Source: a virus
Lineage: Duplodnaviria > Heunggongvirae > Uroviricota > Caudoviricetes
Virus record (IMG/VR): IMGVR_UViG_3300035698_011431
Span: 64,001 to 86,317 of that record
Strand: one strand, 5' to 3'
DNA length: 22,317 nucleotides
The notes below the pieces were generated by a model, which did no database searches, was not told the origin of the DNA, and saw nothing but the letters and a program-made list of their open reading frames with translations. Positions 7,854-15,846 of the stretch are shown here, piece after piece. The first letter of the stretch is position 1, and every line of letters begins with the position of its first letter. The position numbers were made by a program, and so were the translations under genes.

Positions 7854-8364
7854 TATAATTGATAAAGATGATCAGGAATTAGATGTAATTGGAAAGAAAA
7901 GTAAAGAGCTTTTCATTCATTCCATGTTTCCTCCTTCGAAGATGTTACATATCAATACCCACAAAGAACAGGTAGAGGGAAAAGCTTTAAGGAAAGTATC
8001 AAGGGAATCAATATGGGCAAAGAATCTCCAAGGCGGACTATATTCTCATATGTTTTCAACGAGTTCTGTGGGTTTTCAAGACCATGAGGATCGCAAAGAG
8101 ACATGTATGTGTTGCGGGGAAGAAATAGATTATGGGAATGTATGTACAAAATGCCAATCATATTTAAGTAAGGCACAAATAGAACATTTAGATAATTATT
8201 GTGATAAATGTGATGAATATTTAGCTGAATGTGAACATCGCCCAGAGGATTTCTTTGTAGAGGCTTTTAAAGGGATAAATAAAGGGAATAGATGTGATAG
8301 TTGTGGGGTACACCCAAGTCAATGTGAATGCGAACATAATTTAGATGCTAATAAAATCAAATGA
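7843..8364 (+). CDS. Cys-rich putative multi-zinc-binding protein
   Basis: CMCC...CTKC, CDKCDEYLAECEH, CDSCGVHPSQCECEH. Confidence 0.6.
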   Translation: MTYNIIDKDDQELDVIGKKSKELFIHSMFPPSKMLHINTHKEQVEGKALRKVSRESIWAKNLQGGLYSHMFSTSSVGFQDHEDRKETCMCCGEEIDYGNVCTKCQSYLSKAQIEHLDNYCDKCDEYLAECEHRPEDFFVEAFKGINKGNRCDSCGVHPSQCECEHNLDANKIK

Positions 8365-9488
8365 AAATAGATATAGCAAAATTTAAGATACTTAAGGAAA
8401 GACCTTTGTATGGAAAATTACTATATTATTTGAATTTTAAAAGAGAAGATAGCATTGAAACGCTAGGTGTAGATGGGGATGACAACCTTTATTATAACCA
8501 AGGATATTGGGATTCATTAAAGGGTGAAGAGCAGAAGTTTGTTTTATGTCATGAAGTTATGCATCTAGCGTTAAAACATTTATGGAGGGAGAAAGCAAAA
8601 GATCATGTGAAATGGAACATTGCCTGTGATTACGCTATTAATCAGTTAATAGATTATAGCCCTCCTAAGAATATATTATTAAGCGGGAAATATATAAATA
8701 AATGTGCTGAGGAAATATATAAATTATTGAAAGACAAGAAACAAAAAGGATTTGATAACCATAGTAAATGGGGAGATAAAAGTGAAAAGAAAAACAAGAT
8801 AAAGGGGAAGTCAAAGGGAGAAATAGAAACTACAAAAGAGAAGCAAGATAAGTGGGATGAAAGGACACAAACTGCTGTTAAATATTCAGAAGGGAAACAG
8901 AAAGGAACCGGATCAATATTAAAAGGATTGGGATTGGAATTCTTGGATGAATATAACAGTTATAAAGATATTCTATTGAGGTATGTAGATAATAAAGAAG
9001 ATGATTATGATTTTTATAAAGCAGACAGAAGATTTTTAGATCAAGAATATATTTTGCCATCATTCGCAGAGAAAGAAGTATTAAATTGGATTGCTATAAT
9101 AATTGATACAAGTGGATCGATAAGTCATGAAACATTATGGAAGTTTATAACCGATGTAAGGGGAATTATAAATGAATTTGATGAAGTAAAGGTAAAGTTA
9201 GCTTTTGCAGATGATCAGGTTTCTAAGTTTTATGATATAAATAAAATAGAAGATATCCCTCAATGTTATGGTGGGGGAGGGACTGATTTTAGACCAGCAA
9301 TAGCTAAAGTTAATAAGATGGATAATGCCCCTAAAGCATTGTTTTATTTTACAGATGGATATGGTGACTTTCCAAGGAAAGAGGATAGTAATGGGTATGA
9401 TACGTATTGGGTTATTACGGAATTAGAATCATTCTTAGGAGAAAAGATAACAGTCCCTTATGGAGAATTATTAAAATTTAAAGATTAA
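8361..9488 (+). CDS. Metallopeptidase-like plus vWA domain protein (DUF2201-type)
   Basis: LCHEVMHL (HExxH), WNIACDYAIN, MIDAS IIDTSGS, GGGGTDF, FYFTDGYG. Confidence 0.88.
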   Translation: MKIDIAKFKILKERPLYGKLLYYLNFKREDSIETLGVDGDDNLYYNQGYWDSLKGEEQKFVLCHEVMHLALKHLWREKAKDHVKWNIACDYAINQLIDYSPPKNILLSGKYINKCAEEIYKLLKDKKQKGFDNHSKWGDKSEKKNKIKGKSKGEIETTKEKQDKWDERTQTAVKYSEGKQKGTGSILKGLGLEFLDEYNSYKDILLRYVDNKEDDYDFYKADRRFLDQEYILPSFAEKEVLNWIAIIIDTSGSISHETLWKFITDVRGIINEFDEVKVKLAFADDQVSKFYDINKIEDIPQCYGGGGTDFRPAIAKVNKMDNAPKALFYFTDGYGDFPRKEDSNGYDTYWVITELESFLGEKITVPYGELLKFKD

Positions 9489-9492
9489 GGGA

Positions 9493-9768
9493 ATGATTTA
9501 TTATTATGCAAAGACTAAATTGAATATGGGTATAATCAAAGAACCCGAAGACTTCGTAAAGGCATGGAAAAGTTTTAATGGATATCAAATCAGTGATGAA
9601 CTTCATGATAAGAGAAGACCAAACTGGAAGAATATGGATAGAATACAAAAAGCATTTGTAATGAAATGGGGTAGATGTTTTAGAGGGATAGTAAACCCAA
9701 CTTGTTGGAACAATTTAAATCCAGAAAATTATAAACAATTTGTAGATTTTGATATATATTACGAATGA
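9493..9768 (+). CDS. Hypothetical protein
   Basis: 91-aa ORF, ATGA-coupled to next gene. Confidence 0.6.
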   Translation: MIYYYAKTKLNMGIIKEPEDFVKAWKSFNGYQISDELHDKRRPNWKNMDRIQKAFVMKWGRCFRGIVNPTCWNNLNPENYKQFVDFDIYYE

Positions 9769-10616
9769 ATACATCATTTAAAACAAGCATTATAACTACA
9801 GCTACTATAAATACACCATATAGAAACGACCCTTGGAAGGAAGCTATAAGATGTTATTTAGATTTTGCTGATGAGGTAATAGTAGTTTGTGGTCATCATA
9901 AAGATATACAAACAATTACAGAAGAGTTCGGAGATAACAAGAAATTAGTTTTAAATTATATGGATTGGCCATATAAATGGAACTGGATAGAATTGCCTAA
10001 GCATATGAATAGAGGGTTGGAGCTTGCTACTAAAGAGGTTATAATAAGGATGGACATTGATTATTTTATACATGAGAAAGACTTTAAGGAATTCAAGGAA
10101 CAATTAAAAGTGTTTTATGAGTCAGGGGATCTGATAGCAAAGACTTTAAAGGTGAATGTAATGAATAAGTATAATGGAATGATAAAGAGTAGAAATGCAA
10201 ATGTCATAAATGGTAGGAGGAAAGACGCAATAAGATTCGGAAAAGCAGAGAATAAGGAGACAGATTGGACAGTCCCGACAATAAATATCGGAAGTTGTAA
10301 GAAGCCGAAGTATATTGCATTTGAGGAGGCTGATAGTAAATTATTGAGAACATGGATATATAATTATGATTATTTCTTTTGTACTAAAAGAGATGTACAA
10401 AAAGAGTTCTGGAGGTTTGCACAAGCATATTCAGCTGCATTTATAAAATCATGGGGTGCAACTGAAGAAGAGGCATATGATAAATGGATAAGAATGCAAA
10501 CAGGACGTTTATTAAAGGCAGGGGAAGAAATAGATCATCCTAAATATATAAAGAAGCGGATAGATAAGATGCCGAGAGAAGAATGGGGGTATTGCAATTG
10601 GGATTTAATAAAATGA
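9765..10616 (+). CDS. GT-A (GT2-like) glycosyltransferase
   Basis: AIRCYLDFADEVIVVCG, NRGLELAT, DxD motif IIRMDID. Confidence 0.75.
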   Translation: MNTSFKTSIITTATINTPYRNDPWKEAIRCYLDFADEVIVVCGHHKDIQTITEEFGDNKKLVLNYMDWPYKWNWIELPKHMNRGLELATKEVIIRMDIDYFIHEKDFKEFKEQLKVFYESGDLIAKTLKVNVMNKYNGMIKSRNANVINGRRKDAIRFGKAENKETDWTVPTINIGSCKKPKYIAFEEADSKLLRTWIYNYDYFFCTKRDVQKEFWRFAQAYSAAFIKSWGATEEEAYDKWIRMQTGRLLKAGEEIDHPKYIKKRIDKMPREEWGYCNWDLIK

Positions 10617-11047
10617 GGAAAGATAAGCAGATAATAAACAATAATATAGAGATGAGATTGGCTAGGGAAACTGGAGTGGATGAACGGGACAATTTATTGA
10701 AAAGGATGGGATGTTTCAAGAAAAGGATTAAAGATATACCTCCTTATATTGAAAATGACATAGAACAAGTAATTAATCCTTGGTTAGTATACAAGATGGA
10801 ATGTGAGATGGGGTTTCCAAGAGAGATATTCTTTGAACTATTTGCAGATCAAAACGACATAGAATGCGAAGAGTATTGGAGTGATTGGTGTGATATGTGG
10901 CTTGATGATTTTAAAAAGGCCAACCATAAACTACTATTTAATAGTAAGTGGATGATAAAAGGGATAATAGATAATGAATTAAAAGAATATGCTGTGAACA
11001 AGGGGATATATGAAGAAATATTAGAAACTAAAAAGAAATATCATTAA
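10613..11047 (+). CDS. Hypothetical protein
   Basis: Start moved to ATG 10613 (ATGA overlap with upstream stop); no motif recognised. Confidence 0.6.
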   Translation: MRKDKQIINNNIEMRLARETGVDERDNLLKRMGCFKKRIKDIPPYIENDIEQVINPWLVYKMECEMGFPREIFFELFADQNDIECEEYWSDWCDMWLDDFKKANHKLLFNSKWMIKGIIDNELKEYAVNKGIYEEILETKKKYH

Positions 11048-11059
11048 TTATATGAATAA

Positions 11060-12067
11060 ATGAGAGTATTACAAGTCGTGGATTGCAAGTTTTGGGCCCT
11101 AGATAATTTAGTAAAATCAATAAACAAAAACTTAGAAGACAGGTTTGATATCTCGACAATATATATACATCCAAGAGAAGTTTCGGCAGGATTAGTTTCT
11201 ATTCATCAAGAGATAAGGAAAGGAATAGATGTGATTAATTTCCATTATTGGAGAACGGCTACCCAATTAATGGTATTAATTCCAGATTTAATGTTATATC
11301 CAAGGATATTAAGTCATTGGAATCATGAAAGTTTGGAAAAAGAAAGTTGGAAGAAATTTGGATATTTAACCCATCCAACTAAATACGGCAAAAACTTGCT
11401 AAGCAAAGATCATTCAAATGTAACAAGAATTCCAATGGGAATTGATTTGAGTCGATATAGTTATATCCCAGATGATCTTTATAGGAAGACAAGCAAGGAG
11501 ATAGCAATAGGATATATTGGACGAGTAGCAGATTGGAAGAACTTACATTTCATTTGTGAATGTTGTAAAGAATTAGGATATAAGGTAATAGCTTCAGGAT
11601 ATATTGATAAACCTGAATATTGGAAGAAAGAAGTGGAGCAATATGCAAATGATGGCACGCTAGAAATGAATGGAGGTATGGGTAGGGGCGAAATGATGGG
11701 AGCAATCTTTAAGGACAATCTATATAAGAGAATGACTGTATTAGCAATGGCTAGTGAAGGGGAATATGAAAGCGGTCCACTAGGTCCACAAGAGGCGATG
11801 GCAAGAGGTATTCCAGTATTAGCTACAGAAAAAGGCACATTAAAAGATAGGGGAGAAGATGGAAAGAATATAGTATTTTTTAAGGAAAATAATAAAAAAG
11901 ATTTTAAGGATAAATTGAAGGACTTAGTTGAAAATGAAGAGAAGAGGATGACTATAAGAAAACATGGATGGGAAACAGCAAAACAATTTCCAGAGAAACG
12001 AATGGCAATAGAGTTCGGGAAGTTGTATTATCAAGTCAACAGCGAATTCCAAAAACAAGGGGGGTGA
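11060..12067 (+). CDS. GT-B (GT4) glycosyltransferase
   Basis: IGYIGRVADWKN and E-X7-E motif ESGPLGPQEAMARGIPVLAT. Confidence 0.88.
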   Translation: MRVLQVVDCKFWALDNLVKSINKNLEDRFDISTIYIHPREVSAGLVSIHQEIRKGIDVINFHYWRTATQLMVLIPDLMLYPRILSHWNHESLEKESWKKFGYLTHPTKYGKNLLSKDHSNVTRIPMGIDLSRYSYIPDDLYRKTSKEIAIGYIGRVADWKNLHFICECCKELGYKVIASGYIDKPEYWKKEVEQYANDGTLEMNGGMGRGEMMGAIFKDNLYKRMTVLAMASEGEYESGPLGPQEAMARGIPVLATEKGTLKDRGEDGKNIVFFKENNKKDFKDKLKDLVENEEKRMTIRKHGWETAKQFPEKRMAIEFGKLYYQVNSEFQKQGG

Positions 12068-12073
12068 TGCTAA

Positions 12074-12265
12074 ATGTTTATTGAAGCGTTTTTAATCGAC
12101 AAAACAGGACATATAATTAGTGCAAATGCAAAGGAAAATGATTTTATTGCAAATGCAGTGATTACATTTCTAAAGAGTGGACAAAGTCAATTAGTAAAAG
12201 AAAATATTGATGATGCCCTCAAAGATGTGAATCGTATCAAAATTAACATTGAAGTTGTAGTATAA
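12074..12265 (+). CDS. Hypothetical protein
   Basis: 63-aa ORF in the operon direction. Confidence 0.55.
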   Translation: MFIEAFLIDKTGHIISANAKENDFIANAVITFLKSGQSQLVKENIDDALKDVNRIKINIEVVV

Positions 12266-12298
12266 AGGCTTCCTCCCTCTGAGCCTTAATCAGAGGGA
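12265..12298. other. Intergenic GC-rich inverted repeats with two alternative stems
   Basis: tccctctga (12274-82) pairs with tcagaggga (12290-98); alternatively aaggct (12265-70) pairs with agcctt (12282-87). Confidence 0.6.
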
Positions 12299-12342
12299 AA
12301 TTTCTATAAAGTAAGACTGGGTAGAATTAATAAAATAAGAAC

Positions 12343-12975
12343 ATGGAATTGATTAGTATTGTATTACCGACACACGAAAGACCAATAGAATTATCTAAAA
12401 TTCTACTTAGTATTGAAAAGAATAAGTATCCTGCGAAAGAAATAATAGTAATAGATACAGGGTTGCGAGATAAGGGATTAACAAGGAAGTTAATAGATAA
12501 GTTTAAGCCAAAATTCAAAACAAACATTCTATATCTAGATACTTGTCAGGAAGGATACGATTTAGCTATGGCAAGAAATATGGGAGTGGCTGAATCAATG
12601 GGAAGTATATTAATGTTTCTGGATGATAGATATGAATTAGATGAAGATGTTCTAGGGAAAATAGCTGAAGATGTAAATGAAAACACATGGCATTATGGAA
12701 AAAAAAGGATCAAAGGAAAGATAATTCATGAAAGACCATTTATAGAAAACTTTAGTTGGTTATATAAGAAAGAGTTTAGGAAGTTCGGTTGTTTTAATGA
12801 AAGAATTAATATGTATGGAGGGATGAGCCAAGATGTTAGGGAAAGGTGGCAGGCAATAGGGAATAAGTTCAAACAAGAAGATATATATGTTACTGAGATA
12901 GCGAGTTCGAAATCCAATCATGACAAGGAAGGAATATGGAAGATGAAGTATTTGCTTTATAGATTGAATAATTAA
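12343..12975 (+). CDS. GT-A (GT2) glycosyltransferase
   Basis: ISIVLPTHER, LAMARNMGV, LMFLDDR (DxD variant), GCFNE. Confidence 0.85.
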   Translation: MELISIVLPTHERPIELSKILLSIEKNKYPAKEIIVIDTGLRDKGLTRKLIDKFKPKFKTNILYLDTCQEGYDLAMARNMGVAESMGSILMFLDDRYELDEDVLGKIAEDVNENTWHYGKKRIKGKIIHERPFIENFSWLYKKEFRKFGCFNERINMYGGMSQDVRERWQAIGNKFKQEDIYVTEIASSKSNHDKEGIWKMKYLLYRLNN

Positions 12976-12978
12976 ATA

Positions 12979-13290
12979 ATGAAAACAGAAATAACCAAAG
13001 AAGAAATACAAAAGATAAAAGAAAAGTATTTATTATTGACTTATGATCTTTGGTTTTTTAGATATAAGAAGCCAGGTAAACAATGGTATGAGTTAACAGA
13101 TTATCTTAGGGATAATATGATAAAAGAAGGATTGATAGTTGAGTATGATGACAAAGAGAAAACGGTATATGTATTTGATAGTGCCAATGGAAAATTCCCT
13201 ATGAATATATCTTATAGAATAAAAGAGGGGAGATTAGTAAAAGAATTTAAAAAAGTTAGTGAAGATAAATGGGAACCTATTTATTATTAA
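12979..13290 (+). CDS. Hypothetical protein
   Basis: 103-aa ORF with A-rich leader. Confidence 0.6.
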   Translation: MKTEITKEEIQKIKEKYLLLTYDLWFFRYKKPGKQWYELTDYLRDNMIKEGLIVEYDDKEKTVYVFDSANGKFPMNISYRIKEGRLVKEFKKVSEDKWEPIYY

Positions 13291-13294
13291 TTTA

Positions 13295-13390
13295 ATAAGC
13301 AAAAAGTGTACAATCACTAGGTTCTAATAATTAAGGCAGCGTACACTTCCTTAATCAATTAGAATCTACTGATTAAAATTAAATGCTTAT
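13295..13390 (+). ncRNA. Candidate structured cis-element (long hairpin plus alternative pairing)
   Basis: Arms 13312-13336 and 13349-13374 are near-complementary; 13304-11 pairs with 13341-48; 13295-13301 pairs with 13384-90. Confidence 0.45.
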
Positions 13391-13392
13391 GA

Positions 13393-14586
13393 ATGAAGGA
13401 AGACTTATTTGATAAAGAAGGAAAGTTACAAAGAAAAATAAAAATTTTAGATATCACTTGGCATGTGATGCATCAAACTCACATGATAAGTGCTTTAAAA
13501 AATGATTGTGAGTTTTATTACTTATTAACCTCATGGAGGTCATGGCACGACAAGAGATTTTCAAGTGTTAGGGAAGTTCCTGAGGAGATTAATTGGATAT
13601 CAAGATACGAACCTGGGAAATATGATGTAGCTATATTGCATGTAGATCAAGCATCAATTGATCAAAAGACTGGTAAATATAAAATGCTACATGAGATAGA
13701 TGAACAAATACAAGATATTCCAAAAATAATATTAAATCATGGCAGTCCTGTAGACCCTGAATCGGGGATGCTTAAACAACCGGGAGATACGAATGAACAG
13801 GCACAAGAAAAATGTATCAAAATGATGAAGAAATTGTTACATGGTATGCCAATGGTAGTAAATTCTTATACGGCTGCATCTGACAAGGAATGGGGATGGG
13901 GAACACCGATAATTCATGGGATGCCTCATTTTACAGAAAAGGAAGGGAAAGAAATAAAACAATCATATAAAGAAAAGCTAGAAAAAGATAAATTTTATAC
14001 TATAGAAGAAGCATATATTGAATATGAAAAGAAAATAGGAAAACAAGGTTGGTGGGATCTCTTGAAAGAACCAAGATTATTCTCTGCATTAAGTCCTGGC
14101 GGATGGGCTACTTATTATAATCGAGATGTAATGTTAGCCCTTGTAGGGATCTTAAAAGATGATTACGGGTATCCTTTTTATTGGTGTAAAACATGTTTTC
14201 ATAGGACGAGGACAATGTTTCATCCATCAAATTTTAATGATTATAGAAGCTACTTAGGAAGGTCTTTGATATATTTTGATCCATCAATAAGGACTCCAAT
14301 GAATAGAGCTAGGAGTGAAGCTTTTTTTTCAGGGTGTTGTGTTGTACAAGTAGAAGGAGCGCATGATCTAGAGCGTTGGGCAAAGAATGGTGAGAATATA
14401 ATAATAGTTCCAAATAATCCAAAAGAAATAGCAAAAACATTAGTAGACTTAGTTGAAAATAGATATGAGGAAGCTATGGAAATAGGACAAAGGGGAAAGG
14501 AAATGGCAATGAAAGAATTCAATCCGACTAGATATCGACAAAATTGGATGGATGTTTTTGAAAAAGTATTAAAACCAATTAAATAA
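13393..14586 (+). CDS. GT-B glycosyltransferase-like protein
   Basis: ILDITWHVMH N-terminus, YDVAILH; C-terminal IYFDPSIRTPMNRARSEAFFSGCCVV...IGQRGKEMA typical of the GT-B donor-binding domain. Confidence 0.72.
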   Translation: MKEDLFDKEGKLQRKIKILDITWHVMHQTHMISALKNDCEFYYLLTSWRSWHDKRFSSVREVPEEINWISRYEPGKYDVAILHVDQASIDQKTGKYKMLHEIDEQIQDIPKIILNHGSPVDPESGMLKQPGDTNEQAQEKCIKMMKKLLHGMPMVVNSYTAASDKEWGWGTPIIHGMPHFTEKEGKEIKQSYKEKLEKDKFYTIEEAYIEYEKKIGKQGWWDLLKEPRLFSALSPGGWATYYNRDVMLALVGILKDDYGYPFYWCKTCFHRTRTMFHPSNFNDYRSYLGRSLIYFDPSIRTPMNRARSEAFFSGCCVVQVEGAHDLERWAKNGENIIIVPNNPKEIAKTLVDLVENRYEEAMEIGQRGKEMAMKEFNPTRYRQNWMDVFEKVLKPIK

Positions 14587-14594
14587 TAAAAACT

Positions 14595-15482
14595 ATGGCA
14601 CGTTATGCAATTGTCGACTGGGCCCGTTTTAATGGAAGAGATCCAAAGGCAATAGGCTCAACATTTTTAAGGGCAGATAATTTAGTAGCAAAAGATAAAG
14701 ACTTTTTTCATTGGACACAGGGGTGTACTTCAGATGCTATTATATTTCAAAAAGTCTATTGGACGGAAATGATGAGAACAGATAAAAATCCTAAAATATT
14801 AGACTTATCAGATCCTGATATGATTAAGGGAAGTGTTTTAGGAGGAATGGATCTTAAGGAAATTTCGCAATATGTAGATGCGATAACATGTTCAAGTCCA
14901 GAACTTACAAAACAGGTGGCTAAATATGTAGACATACCAACTTATTATGTTCCTGATAGAATAAACTTTGATTTATTCCCAGACCCTAAGAAACATACAG
15001 AGAGAGCTAAAACAGCTGTATGGTTTGGATATGCTCATAATGCTAAGGAGGTTCTTCAGTATTACATATTAGAAGGATTAGTAAGGCAAGGATTAGATTT
15101 ATTGGTAATAAGTAACACCCCATTTAAACCGGAGGATAATTATGGGGTTAATATTAAGAATGTAAGTTACGAATCGGATACAGCCTATTATGAAATACAG
15201 GCAGGAGATATTTTTATAAACCCTGGAACTGTGACGAATGCGAATTTCAAATACAAATCAAACAATAAAACAGTAATAGCGTGGAAATTAGGATTGCCTT
15301 TAGCTTTAGGGGAAGAAGAGTTACAAAAGTATCTTAATCCACGTGCAAGAGAAGAGGAGTCAATCAAGAGAATAAAAGAAGTAGATGAAAAGTATAATAT
15401 TATTGATAGTGGAAAAGATTATAAAAGGATAATAAACGAAATACTAAAAAATAAATGCAAGGATACAAGCAAAGTAAAATAA
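14595..15482 (+). CDS. GT-B glycosyltransferase-like protein
   Basis: STFLRA, AIIFQKV, ILDLSDPD, VDAITCSSPEL, AVWFGY, KSNNKTVIAWKLGLP. Confidence 0.6.
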   Translation: MARYAIVDWARFNGRDPKAIGSTFLRADNLVAKDKDFFHWTQGCTSDAIIFQKVYWTEMMRTDKNPKILDLSDPDMIKGSVLGGMDLKEISQYVDAITCSSPELTKQVAKYVDIPTYYVPDRINFDLFPDPKKHTERAKTAVWFGYAHNAKEVLQYYILEGLVRQGLDLLVISNTPFKPEDNYGVNIKNVSYESDTAYYEIQAGDIFINPGTVTNANFKYKSNNKTVIAWKLGLPLALGEEELQKYLNPRAREEESIKRIKEVDEKYNIIDSGKDYKRIINEILKNKCKDTSKVK

Positions 15483-15772
15483 ATTCAGGGGATTTGGTAG
15501 AACCTATTACATATACTCAAAAGAATTTTTTAGATTACTGTAAAAAGATTGGATTTGGAGATATAACAATAATCCTTAGAGATGGACAGCCAGTTCAAGC
15601 TATAAATGGAAATCAATCATGTAAAATAGATGTTAATGATACTTGGGAATTAACTGAATATTTAAAAGACATTAAAGATGCGGATGTAACAATATATGTA
15701 AATCATGAGGGGAACATGAGAGTAAAGAAAGTAATAGAAAAGAAACGGTTTGATTTAAAGCCTGAAGAGTAG
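15455..15772 (+). CDS. Small protein with two tandem DUF2292-like units
   Basis: IGFGDITIILRDGQPVQAI and IKDADVTIYVNHEGNMRVKKVIEKKRFD resemble each other and the DUF2292 pattern. Confidence 0.45.
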   Translation: MQGYKQSKINSGDLVEPITYTQKNFLDYCKKIGFGDITIILRDGQPVQAINGNQSCKIDVNDTWELTEYLKDIKDADVTIYVNHEGNMRVKKVIEKKRFDLKPEE

Positions 15773-15814
15773 TAATATAGAAACAACAATATAATAAGCT
15801 TACTTAATACAGAG

Positions 15815-15841
15815 AAGCGGGTTAATCCCTGCTTTTTTTTT
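15815..15841 (+). terminator. Rho-independent terminator-like hairpin
   Basis: aagcggg-ttaat-ccc(t)gctt followed by a 9-T run (15833-15841). Confidence 0.7.
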
Positions 15842-15846
15842 ATGCC

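Noticed and set aside
13295-13390. Known ribozyme (hammerhead, twister, pistol) or tRNA
   Set aside because: Conserved catalytic core sequences and a cloverleaf are not seen; kept only as an unclassified structured element.
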